DNA from: Gnetum montanum
Taxonomy: Eukaryota > Plantae > Gnetophyta
NCBI GenBank assembly: GCA_015680685.1
Contig: MNCI01003240.1
Location: 409,468-473,467 of the forward strand
Length of the DNA stretch: 64,000 nucleotides
Direction: 5' to 3'
Position numbers and translations under genes: made by a program. Of this stretch, positions 52,690 through 63,580 are shown one piece after another. Position 1 is the stretch's first letter, and every line of letters begins with the position of its first letter. The notes below the pieces were generated by a model that saw only the letters and a list, made by a program, of their open reading frames with translations, had not been told where the DNA came from and did no database searches.

Positions 52690-55600
52690 ACGCTACACAT
52701 CCCCCTTGTTACCACCTCCATCTACTTCACCCAACTCCACATCCACCTCATGAGGATCTTCCTCATGAAGATCTTCTTCGGGTGGATCCTCTTCATGGGG
52801 GTGATCCTCTCTGTGAGGCTCCTCCTCATGGAGATCCTCTTCATGTTAATCCTACAATTTAACATGAGGCAAACGTTAGCATCACAATAAAAATCATGTG
52901 TAAGAAAAATACAATAGTTGCACAGCTTACCTGTGATGGTGCTTAGTGAGCTCTGCCCAAACGCCATCTCCTAGATCAGTTCCAGCCTTGACCTTCCCCT
53001 TTTCCATAGGAGTCCATCAAGGTGGATTAGGTAAAAAGGAAGGGATAGTGGTATCCCGACCAGGGAGGGTCATCTCTCTCTCAGGGGAGACACTCATTGT
53101 CACTTGTTCTTGAAACTTTTCATATGCTCTAGAAGCACTGATGACATCGAGGAATAGCCAGAGGGACCACGCTTCAACTACAGAATCTCTGTAATGTCAA
53201 CGGTAGGTAGCAAATTCCTTCTTATACATATGTGTATGATTTTTTTGTGCCTGCCCCCATTCCTGGACCCTCACACTGAAGTCCTTCCAATCTTGGTTTT
53301 TCTAGGCTAGGAGATCCATTTGCATTCATTTCTCAATGAGCTCATAGCTAGCTTGGACATTATTCCTGACAACCATCCAATAGTGGGCATAGTCAATCAT
53401 AGCCATTTGCCAATTCCCATCATTGGTATCTCGAGCTTGTAGAAATTCACTCCTGGACTCAAGTTCCTTCACCCTGGTAGTTAGTGTGGTTTTCTCTTTT
53501 TCTACTTTCTACAACCTCTTCCAGAGATCTTCATTGACATTCTAACTCTGTCATAGAGAACGGTCCGAGCGCAATGCACATTTACACATCTTATCATAAA
53601 TGTGACATGGCACTTCAGTCACCTCTGGTGAGGGTTTAGGAGCAGCGTCTACGTAGATAGGCTCTTTGGGATCGCATTTGAGACAAGATGCTATAACACG
53701 AAGATGACAGTTAGATGCGACAAGATGACATAATGTGATAGTTTCAACAATTCCTATGTAACAACAGTGACGTATCAATTTTAGGATCAATTCACTGCAA
53801 GTGATTGATCATATCATTAACAATGCCCTCCATGAAGGCAAATTTGTCAGGGGCCTCAGCCCAACGTTGAGTAGGGGTTGCTAATGAAGGTGCACCGCTG
53901 TTATCAAAAGTTCCTACTACGCAAACAAAACGAGTTAAACATAACATAATAGATAAAAGGAAAAATTTGAGATGCTATAATAATGCAAAGCTCCTATCCA
54001 GCAAACCCTCAGGGGTAATAGTGGGAGGATTGCCTATCGGAGAAAGGTCAAGCAAGTGGTCAAACTCACCAGCGATGAACTGCTCCTCCCTTTTTGACCC
54101 ATTCAAAAGGACCATGGCATCTTCTATGCTTGTCTTCCCTTCAGGCATAGGAGCCTGTGTACTACCCACATTGTCAAAACGGGCCTCCTTTTCCAAAACT
54201 AGGGCCCCTTCCCCATGCTACAGGACTATGACCCCTATTTTAGGGGTTAGTCCCTCCACATCTTTCTCTCTTCCTGTAGAATGCATCACAGTTAGCAAAA
54301 CTTTACTCACTTCCCAAAAGCGCTACAAGATGAAATGACATCTATACATAGCATAATATACATAATCACGCGTTACTATACTTACTAGCTGGGGGATGGC
54401 TCCTATGAAACTTAATGCATAGTTTCCTCCCCTCTTCACCAGTCGAGCTAGGAGAATCCATAGCTGGACAATGATTTTTCCACTAAACTGATGAGGCTAC
54501 TATTTTTGCTTCTAAGCGCTTCTCCTTTGATGCACTACTAGTGTTAGAAGGGGGTACCCCACCCATGTTGTCTTGGCCTTAGAGGGGAGGCGCTACCCAA
54601 TCCCTAGTCATTATTGAAAATGACTCCCCGATACCTTCAGGAGGATCTTGGGATCGGAAGGTGTGGAAGACCTAGAAAATCCACAGCTTGGAGATCTAGT
54701 TAAAATCCTACTGCACCTAGACTCCATCTTTGTGAACCACCAGGAATTCGACAAAATGCCGCAAACAAGCTATGAAGAAGGAAAAATGCACGTTGAAACA
54801 AGACTTAAGCTTCTTGCGAAGCTTGATCATTTCATCTTGTAGACCTTTAGCAAGGTTCTTGACTCAGTTATACCATGTCCCCTCTTCCATAACTTCCCAC
54901 ATGATCCAAGCCTACTCTATTCCAAGGATTTTTCCTTGGAAGAGTAGCTTGGGAAAGGCATGAGCACGGAAGAGGGGGTAAATGGTACTAGCCACCTCTA
55001 GCTGGATCTTCTTAGCGTAGATGCCTTTCTACTCTTTTTTAGCCCCTAGACACTCCTCCATGTCCTTTTGATGTTTAGAACTCCTTTGAATTTCTCTTCC
55101 ATTAGGAGGCCATCAGAAGAAATGCAAAAAAAGTCAACAAATAGTTAAGCATTAATATCAAAACTCATGCATAGGTTATGCATGTGCATGTGAAAATGCT
55201 CAGCTTTTTTGCTGAAGGAGTCGACTAGGGCCAACATTTCGGCTACCAGGACATTAGGGGTTATAGCTAGAAATAGCTCCATTAGTTCAACTTCCTGGAG
55301 GTTATTGGTTATGGCAGCTGGGGTTGCTCTGTGGCAAAGCCAATGTTGCATCTCATTTATATCACCATAGCGGAAGAAGATGGTGGCTGCATCACACCAA
55401 GAGGCTATCACCGTGATCTTCCACAATTCTTTAACTATAAACATAAAATACAAAAAATAGGTTAGACAAAACAACAAAATCTTAAACAGTGTTTTCATCC
55501 CATAGGGTCACATAGTTGATCATCGTAGCGTAACTTACTGCGTCCAAATGGCAAAGGAAACGGTGGGAGGTGCACTTTCATGTCGTCAATGGTGATAGGA

Positions 55601-57019
55601 TGGTCTAAAGTCCACTCCCTATCAAGCCATCCAGAGTCTCTACACTTGACAAAGAATTTGGCATACTGGATAGGGTAGTGTTGGATTTCAAATCCTAGTT
55701 ATCCCAAGACACCAGCACATACATTGTTGATGGAAGTGAATTCCTTTATGGCTATTTGGGACATAGATAACATGTCTGTATCACCCTGGATAACACTTAC
55801 AACGATAAAGAACCTATGCCACAGAATACAGAAAACTGTTTACATCCAACACAAAATTAGATAGTAGTTAAATCATACCACCTTGCCAACACTTACCCAC
55901 CTACGTAATACACAGTGCCAGGTTGGTTCTGAAAATAGGTGATGAGATGATTAGTTATGAACAATGTGTTATAGGTGTGATAACAATTAAACCTAGGCAT
56001 CTCCCAGATCCAGGATAAGTGCCTCAAACCCTTGATGCATTGTTCATGATCCCTCCCACCTATGGCCTCGATTGATCTGTCCACCAAAAACATTAAAATG
56101 CTCTGTGTCAACCCAACTAGTAGCATTTCTAGAATGGCGATGGTCATCTTAGCCGATAGATGTGACCAAAAAATTACGTTAAAATTATGCAACAAAAATT
56201 GTAGGAACTCCCATGCACCTGTTCGAAACCAAATGGCCTCTCCCCCTACACAAGCATGGGGAGGAGGAACATTGGCCATGGGGACATTTAGATAGCATAG
56301 AATGCTCACAATGTCCAAAACAATTAGGATGGGCTTTAGCATAACCCTTTACAATATAATACATTACCATTAGAAAACATTTTAGAGCTACTAACAATGC
56401 CAAAATAAATCAACAAAGCTCACAAGAATCCATTACACAACACGGAGGTTCTCGCTACTTTGACTCCCAGAAAATCGCATGTTACACTAGAGATGCATTA
56501 CCCAAAATTGGCCAAACCCTTACGATGATGCAATTTCTGTCTATGATAAAGAAAATAAAGGTAATATGTCATATTTCCCTAGTATAACATGCGACCATTA
56601 CGGGCAAGACAATGAAACCCCGCTTGCGCTACGCAAATGTACAACAGCTAGACTCCTGACTAGTTATGTGTTGTGTTTGTAGAACATTACCCATGATCAC
56701 CCAAACCCTTAAAATGGTGCAAGGGTTGTCTCTGACAATGGTGATAGGGATAATATTACAAACTCCCATAGCTTAATTAGCATAGGTAGGTATTGAAACC
56801 TAGTGTAGTGCACATTTTCGAAATGAAATAAATTACAGCACAATGACAACGAAAATGACCTAATGCATATATCACATAAGGAAGGTGGAGAACTACTTAT
56901 TGGGCAAGTGGAGTAGCCTCCGGAGTTTTGACTCACACCTTCTAAATTCGCCCCAAACTTTCCTATACTTCATCAATCCTGGCCAACTTGGCGTGTTTTC
57001 ATTCAATCTTTGGTGCCAT
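52690..57019 (-). pseudogene. Antisense multi-exon accessory gene of element A: MAPK-start exon, FCP1/SCP (NIF, HAD) phosphatase-like domain, central domain, coiled coil, low-complexity tail
   Basis: Canonical minus-strand GT-AG introns at 56347-56423, 55814-55896, 55435-55538, 54274-54385 (GCTAAC branch site) and 52852-52930. Further introns have decayed donors (56800-56900, 53917-~53995, 53691-53775). The frame is kept across 55814-55896 and 55435-55538, and most stops are TAG/TGA/TAA explainable by single transitions. Confidence 0.8.
55897..56346 (-). pseudogene. Exon encoding an FCP1-homology/NIF-like HAD phosphatase-fold domain, catalytic motif degenerate
   Basis: KPILIVLDIVSIL...IWFRTGAWEFLQFLLHNFNVIFWS...DHEQC..LRHLSWIW...YHTYNTLFITNH...NQPGT follows the family pattern KLLVLDLxxxL...RPxxxEFLxFxxxxFxVxxWS...QxxC..KxLxxVW...YxxxNTLLIDDS....NPxNT. 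Recognised by eye. Confidence 0.65.
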
Positions 57020-57469
57020 TTTTACACCTAAATAACCTTTATGAAATCATCAACTTATGCTTTCCTTTGGCTTTAGCCTAACTCAACTTCGCTATGCTTG
57101 TAGTTTGCCTCAAGGACGAACCATCTACTTATAAGCGTGATGGTGAAAACTTGCCGTTTTCATGCCTGATCAATGCAAAACCTTCCTGAAGTGTAGTAAT
57201 GTCAGTTTCACATGAAGCATAAAGATCGTGCCATTAATCTTGTAGATATTGCATTAATTATAGTCTAAAAAGACCCTAAACTAATGCATAGCTTATCGTC
57301 TCGTAATCCGATCACATTAGCTATGATCTGCAAAAACCCTAAATTAGCTATTTTACCACACTAGACACACCATGTTATACTTTTAGCCATATTCCACGAG
57401 GACTTTAAGCTAGCACCTAGGAAACCTTGCTTGCTCTTTTCTTACAAACTTTGTATATTGTAACATCTG

Positions 57470-57830
57470 CTACGACATAAAACTGGTAGTGTTATACACA
57501 TCTGCGATGACGTAAAACTGGAATTTTTTGCATGCGTCCACCATGACGCTAAACTGGCAAAGCTTTCAACCGTCCGCCACTACATAAAATTGGCAAAGTA
57601 AGCATCCATTTGTTGAGATGTTAAACCAGCATAGATTTTTTCCTGGGTCATGACACAAAACTGACACCCATAGCACAGTCTTCTATGGCATTAACTAGTT
57701 CTTCCACCATCCGCTACGATGTAAAACTAGCACACTTTAGTATGCCTAGACTTTAAATCGGGACCATGGTCTGCTGGGACTTAAAACTAGCAATGATGGT
57801 CTACCAAGACCTAAAACTGGGATCTGCCAA
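57470..57830 (+). repeat. ~30-bp degenerate tandem repeats at the position where A lacks pol
   Basis: A GAC(G/C)TAAAACT(G/A)G core occurs about 11 times and resembles the reverse complement of B 24340-24580. Confidence 0.75.
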
Positions 57831-59014
57831 CAGACCATCCATGAAACAAGCGGGCCTGACCATTTTTGCATGACATCCCCATTAGACAAAATGGGTAGGA
57901 TGTTGGAATAGATGCAACGCCACTACCCCCTGGCATTCTACTGATTCCTTGGATATGCCAAAGGGCATACTACTGACCCCTCAGAGATGCCACCATAATG
58001 GTCACTTAGCAATTTGCACCCCCAAAGGTTAGCATCACCAGTTGGAGCCCCAAGAAAAATATGGTCATCCATAGCCTTGGTTGCCTCTAGCTGTCGTCGC
58101 CTTCAGGATTTGGCTTCTTAGATTCATCTAGCTATCTCTTTTCCTAGTCAAATGGATAAGATGAACCTAGCTATCAACGGTGAATTCCTAAGCCATGGTG
58201 TCAACAAAGGGACCCTTACCTTTTTGCTACGGTCCCATTTTTATGGCACGATCCCCTTTCCGATTCGGACGAAACTTGTTTCAATAGCCTCCCCAGTGGT
58301 TAGGATAGTTCCTTTTATTCTCTATTCTTTGTTGCATTTTACAAGTTACTTGCTACCACAGCGTTGTTTAAAGATGCATTCACTAGGAGGGCAAGGTGTC
58401 ACAACATTCTGTGGTGGCTGCTCAGACTAGCCTGACTACTTGGGAGTGTAGGCCTTGCCTTTCCCCTCCAAACACATTACCTTACTTTTTCCTTCTCTTA
58501 TCCTTGCAACTACCCTTACTTTCTCCTTCCATTTGTACAAGATGTAAACGTACAAGGAGCCTTTCGCACATGATAACCATCACGTTGATGAACTGGCATA
58601 ACTTAACTTGCCTTATGGAATGTATCTATAGGAAAAAAATGAAAAAATCCAGGAAAAATGGATGAAATGCAACTCGTATAGGCCATAAGAGCGTAACACT
58701 ACTTGCTTAGGAAAGTCCCACATATACAGTGCAACAGCGTAACCTCTCACAAAAACACCAGCAAGAAGCTATCTAATAATATGTTTGCAAGGTATCCTAC
58801 TTACACTTGAGTCGTCCCTAAACCTCTCTCCCTCACACTTGTAAAATCCCTCTTCGACTCTTGACACTCCCAACCTTCGTACTTCCAAGTTTGACAAAGC
58901 AACATTCAACCAACAGCCGACGAACAATGTTGGCAGCTTTACCTCTATGGTGTTTTGCATTTTTAGTTGACATATCTTGAGCAAGCCCTCCAAATGTCAA
59001 CAAACAAGGGCCAT

Positions 59015-60298
59015 TGAAACACCGTGAAATTTCGAGACCTCGATGATTTAGCAAAGTCTCGAAGTTTAGGCAAGGATTTCACAAGTGCAGCATCAAGACA
59101 TTCGAGTGATGGAAGCACCAAAATAGTTGCACATCTCAGCAAGTTGTTTTTTTTTTTTTTGGCTAAGGTCCTACTATGCTAAGCTACAAAGCTCAGCATA
59201 GCAAACTTCAAGAGGATAGAACAGAACAAGGGATGCATGGTGACAACACTTCAACTTTGCAAGTTAACCATGCTTCAAAATCTTAATTTTTTGCATATTA
59301 CGCTACGTTACGCTACGTAGCATAGCGCAGTGTAATGCAAGCAGCATCGTTGAAATAGCCACAACAACAAGGATAGAAAAATTCAAATAGTATCAGTCAT
59401 TACGCCATGATATGCTTCCCAAGGTATTATAGCATAGCTACAGGGTGGTTACGCTATACTACGCTTTAGAGCATGGCACAACATAGCATCACAAGCTTCA
59501 ACTATAGCATGCTAGGTCAACAACATTCTACTTGCCCAAGACACACGTCATCTAAATTGTGTTCTTATCCTAATCCTAATCCTATAAATACCCTGGTGGA
59601 CAATGCTCAAAGGGTTCGTTGGTTGGTTTGTTGGCTGGCTAGCGAAGAAAACAAAAGAGTTGGCAACAAAAACAAAGAGGTCAAAAAATTTAAGGAAATT
59701 GATGAAAAGTTGGCAAGAGCATCGACAGTGATTAGAGAGAAGCTTTTTGGCCAGAGATTGCAAGTTAGCGAACATCTTGCTTCATGCCTGACTCCCTTGC
59801 GCCCAGATTGGCTAGTGAACAAGGTAGATTGGCCTTTTGTTTTTTTAATCTCTAAATAGCTTCTTGTTGGTGGCGGATACTTTGTCCAAATTGGAGTCCT
59901 CTTGTAAATCCCATTGTATTCATCATATTTGTCCATAAGATAGATCCTAGATCTCAGGATCGTGCATTTTATAAATTCAATTCATTGCATCCTGTTTACA
60001 TTGATTTTTATAGTCTTTTTGCATAGTTTACATTGTTTTAATTTCCTTCAAGATCTGATCTTGGAGTAGATCTCATATTCTTGTCAGTTGGTATTACGTT
60101 CTCATAGCAAATTGTCATCTCGTTACATAATTGTTAACAAATTTACTGACTAAGTAAGTCCCTGTCTAATCAACAAGATAGTTCAGAGCACCTTGGATTC
60201 ATTTTCTCTAGCATGTCCCTCCCATAGATCCAGGGTTGAAACTGTGTACATGGAAATCCTCTCGGTGTTTCTAGCAACCGACGTTTTCCATCGTTACA
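59015..60298 (+). repeat. 3' LTR of element A
   Basis: Preceded by PPT-like AACAAACAAGGGCCAT, has TG...CA termini and is followed by the TSD. Confidence 0.95.
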
Positions 60299-60303
60299 CT
60301 AGG

Positions 60304-60894
60304 CATTAAGGATTCTTTCTCATCACCATATTACCCTCAAGCCAATAGACAAGCAGAAGGAAGAAATAAGGCCATCATCAACCTACTCAAAAAGATGCCC
60401 AATAATAGCAAGGACATATGGCACAAATGACTTATCCATTTACTATGGGCATAGAGAATGACCTATTGTATGACAATTGATGTAATCCCTTATAGCCTAG
60501 TTTATGGTTCTAAAGCTATTTTACCTCTTGAATTGTAGGTGCGATTGCTTTGGGTAGCCCTAACCAACTTCATCAATGACAAGTAGAATAAGGAGTTATG
60601 AACAATAGTCATGGACTTAGTGGAGAAGTGACATATTTAAATGCTTTCCCACATATAACACTATCAAGAGAGGTAGAAGTAGCAACATCACCATAACTTG
60701 ATCATGCATAAGATCAAGGAGGGTGACCTAGTCCTTGAAGCCATTCACAAGCATGTGGATAAATTCTTAGCCAACTAGGAAGGACCTTTCCTTGTCACTA
60801 GAGCCTATGAGAATGGTGCATTCAGAATAGTTGACATGCATGGGAATGAGCTATCCAATATGGTTAATTCCTATCTAAAGTCATACTAATGTAG
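60304..60894 (+). pseudogene. pol of element C, segment 3 (integrase core end and GPF region)
   Basis: SSPYYPQANRQAE, LLWA.RMT, PYSLVYGSKAILPLE, EGDLVL, EGPFLV...NGAF. Confidence 0.92.
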
Positions 60895-61151
60895 TTGACA
60901 ATCATCAATAAGTGAGCTTTCTTTCAACACTCTGCTATGATCTTAATCTAGCAACATAGCCTACCAAGGCCTTAAATTGGTACCATGGTCCACCATGGCC
61001 TTAAACTAGCAACTTTCTGAACCTAGATAGCTTGGTTTTATCATCTCATGTGGCTTCTATGCATTGTAGCATTATGATATGTAGTGGTGTTTTTTATTCT
61101 TTGTTGGTGCCTCTTGGGTCAATGCTCTAGACATCAACAAAGAGAGGCCAT

Positions 61152-62137
61152 TTAAACACCATAAAAATTTACATGTTATAGCTAGTTTTCATCATGTAGC
61201 TTTCACCCCATGAATCTTAAGAAAAAGTTCATTATAAATGTAAATCTCACATATTCCATACTTTCAAGGCTGAAAAATGTCTCATAAGTGGTTAAAGTAT
61301 CATCTTCCAAATGAAAAAAATTATCTAGTATCTATATTTGGGCTTTTGGGGGGAGGGGGGTAAAAATGCCTTTTGAAATGCCAAAAATGACAATTTGCTA
61401 GGTTTTATTACATTTTTCTACACTAGAAACACTTGCAAGGGGGTAGATCTCACCTACCACTAGTGTGGAGAGGTGGGGGTTTCCCCTCCACTTGGAAACT
61501 TTTCCCCTAGCATGGAGACTACATGATTAGCTTGGAAACCGTCCCCCCTCAGTGTAGAGGCTACACCCATAGTGTGGAAGTTACATCCCCCTAGTGTGGA
61601 AGCCACACTAGCCTAATTTCATTACTCCATGCACTCTAACATTAACCAACCAGTTCAACAAGGATGGAAAAAGGCTTAGTGTGGAAGATTCATCTCTAGT
61701 GTCAAAGGTATGTCCCATTAATATTTATAGTAAATAGAATGGCCATGGGAAGAAGACACTTACCATACATAGTAGCCCCCAAATTTAGACACTCATCTCA
61801 CCTAGACAAAAGAAAATTGCAGCAATTTGATAGCTAATTTGTAGCCATTGTGCAGCCAAATTATAGCCAAATCATAGTCATTTTCAGCCTCATTCATGGC
61901 CTAAGACCTATAAAAACTAGCCTTAAATACCATCTACAAGTACCAAACTTTTGCAATCCAAGACTATTGGCATTGGTTACATAATTCAACAATTTGTTCA
62001 CAGTTCTACACTTGGGAATTCTTAAGTACTCAAGAGTTCTTGCAAGTTCCCAAACTTCTATTCTCTTAAATCCAATGTGGAAATCTTATGGCCTTGTGAC
62101 CTTGAAACCCCCTTTTGGAATTTGTGAGATTTTAGGC
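61152..62137 (+). repeat. 3' LTR of element C (3'-truncated)
   Basis: Follows the PPT ACAAAGAGAGGCCAT and is colinear with 14356-~15390. Confidence 0.85.
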
Positions 62138-63580
62138 TAAGAAACATGCTAAGAAGCTAAATGGCCAATGTAGACCAAAAGGAAAATAAATGGCTACGAA
62201 CATGCAAATAGGGAAGCCCAAAGAAATCTTGGAGTGAGATGTTGAATCCTCAAATTCATTGCTAAGTGACCAACACATCAAAAAAGGAAGTGCAAAAACC
62301 CACTAATTGACCAACATATCAATGCCATATCATAGCCATGATGTCAGCTATGGAATTCACTATTAACCTTATGGCCATTTTCCTATAGTTAATGATAGCC
62401 CTTACCACAACCTTATCCCATTCTACAAGTGCTATTTGGCATGGTTTGACACTATAGAATCAAGTGCAGAGAAAAAATACAATGGTGTTTTGTATTCTTT
62501 GTTGGTTCCTTTTGAGTCAATCCTGAAGACACCAACAAAGAGGGGCCAATGAAACACCACTAAGAGAATGCATGTTATAGCCTTTTGACACTGAAACCCT
62601 TACCCCATGAAACCCAAGGATAAAACTTCATTGTAAAATGTGGAGAGTGTAGTCCAAGAAATGAAATTTCACATGCTTTAGCTTTTAGGGCTGAAAAATG
62701 CCTCATAAGTGGTCAAATCCTCAACCCTAGAGTGAAAAAAATTCATATTATGTTCATATTTGGACTTGTGGGGTTACAAATTCCTTTTGGACTATCAAAA
62801 TTGGCATTTTGATGGGTTTTTTGGGTAGGGGGATGGGGGGTATAACTTTTTCCATGCTAGAAATACCTATTGGGGGTATAAACTCACCAATGCCCAACCT
62901 TGGGGGGTATAACTTTCACTATGCTAGAAATACCTATGGAGGATATAAACTCACCAATAACCAATCTTGGGGGTATAAGTCTTGCATCCCCCAACGTTGC
63001 ACCTTTTCCCCCAAGTGTTTCTCTAGCATGGCCTAGCACCTCATCATTGATCTAGCTCTAATGTTGATCATGTACTTGAGTGTTGCTATTGGAAGACCCA
63101 ACATGGGTGGAAGAAGCTAGCATGGGTGAAATTCCCATTTACTATTTTTGCTAAACAGAATGGTTTCAATGCCATTGGAGTATCAAAATTTACCATACAT
63201 AGTCACCATGTTAGATTTTGATACTTGGAACACTTATATGTAGCAACAATCTTTCAATAATTAGGTAGAAAATTACAGTAAAATTTATGGCCTTAAAGAC
63301 CTACATAACCCAAACTTGTGCATGATGAAATTGTTCTACCATTTTTTATAATCTCTTTGCTTTGTGAATCCCTTACAAACATAAAGATTTTGGAGATTTT
63401 CTAACATGGAACCTACAACCATTATGACCATTGTTACACTCTAAGATTGTGTGAATTTTGGTGGCAATGTTAAGCAACCTGGGAATCAAGACTTCCCATG
63501 TGGCTCAAAACCCTTAGACATATCATCCTCCTACATCACCAACATTGTAGATCTGTTGAGGATTAAAACAATATTCTATA
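62138..63580 (+). mobile_element. Fragment F: 3' UTR, PPT and partial LTR (from 62550) of another related Tat-type element
   Basis: CAAAGAGGGGCCAA|TGAAACACCAC junction. The LTR is homologous to the C and E LTRs, with an internal ~55-bp duplication at ~62835-62980. Confidence 0.75.

Larger units (their letters stand above)
46892..60298 (+). mobile_element. Element A: complete pol-less Tat-type element, ~13.4 kb (LTR-PBS-gag-PR-antisense multi-exon gene-repeats-PPT-LTR)
   Basis: LTRs at 46892-48166 and 59015-60298 (7 mismatches in the first 60 nt, 4 of them at CpG) with a perfect TSD CTAGG (46887-46891, 60299-60303). Removing it restores the host integrase HNLGIKDSFSSPYYPQANRQAE. Confidence 0.95.
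14356..62137 (+). mobile_element. Element C: old, near-complete Tat-type Ty3/gypsy element (LTR-gag-PR-spacer-RT-RH-aRH-INT-LTR) hosting insertions B, D and A
   Basis: Colinear LTR pair 14356-15924 and 61152-62137. The pol reading frame is restored across both nested insertions, and all parts are in the same orientation and expected order. No TSD can be checked because the 3' LTR is truncated, so single-element status is inferred. Confidence 0.72.

Noticed and set aside
54274-54385. A 12-nt micro-exon (54311-54322) flanked by two introns
   Set aside because: It would need a 37-nt intron. A single 112-nt intron with a branch site is simpler and matches the single intron in C.
52690-57019. The intron-containing gene as a resident host gene
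   Set aside because: It lies between paired LTRs with a perfect TSD inside another element's integrase, has homologues in three other elements in the same relative orientation, and contains in-frame stops.
21514-60298. A bipartite system of separate gag-only (A) and pol-only (B) elements
   Set aside because: B is simply 5'-truncated and carries the start of the same antisense gene, and C has gag-PR and pol between one LTR pair. A split single-element layout with deletion derivatives explains the data better.
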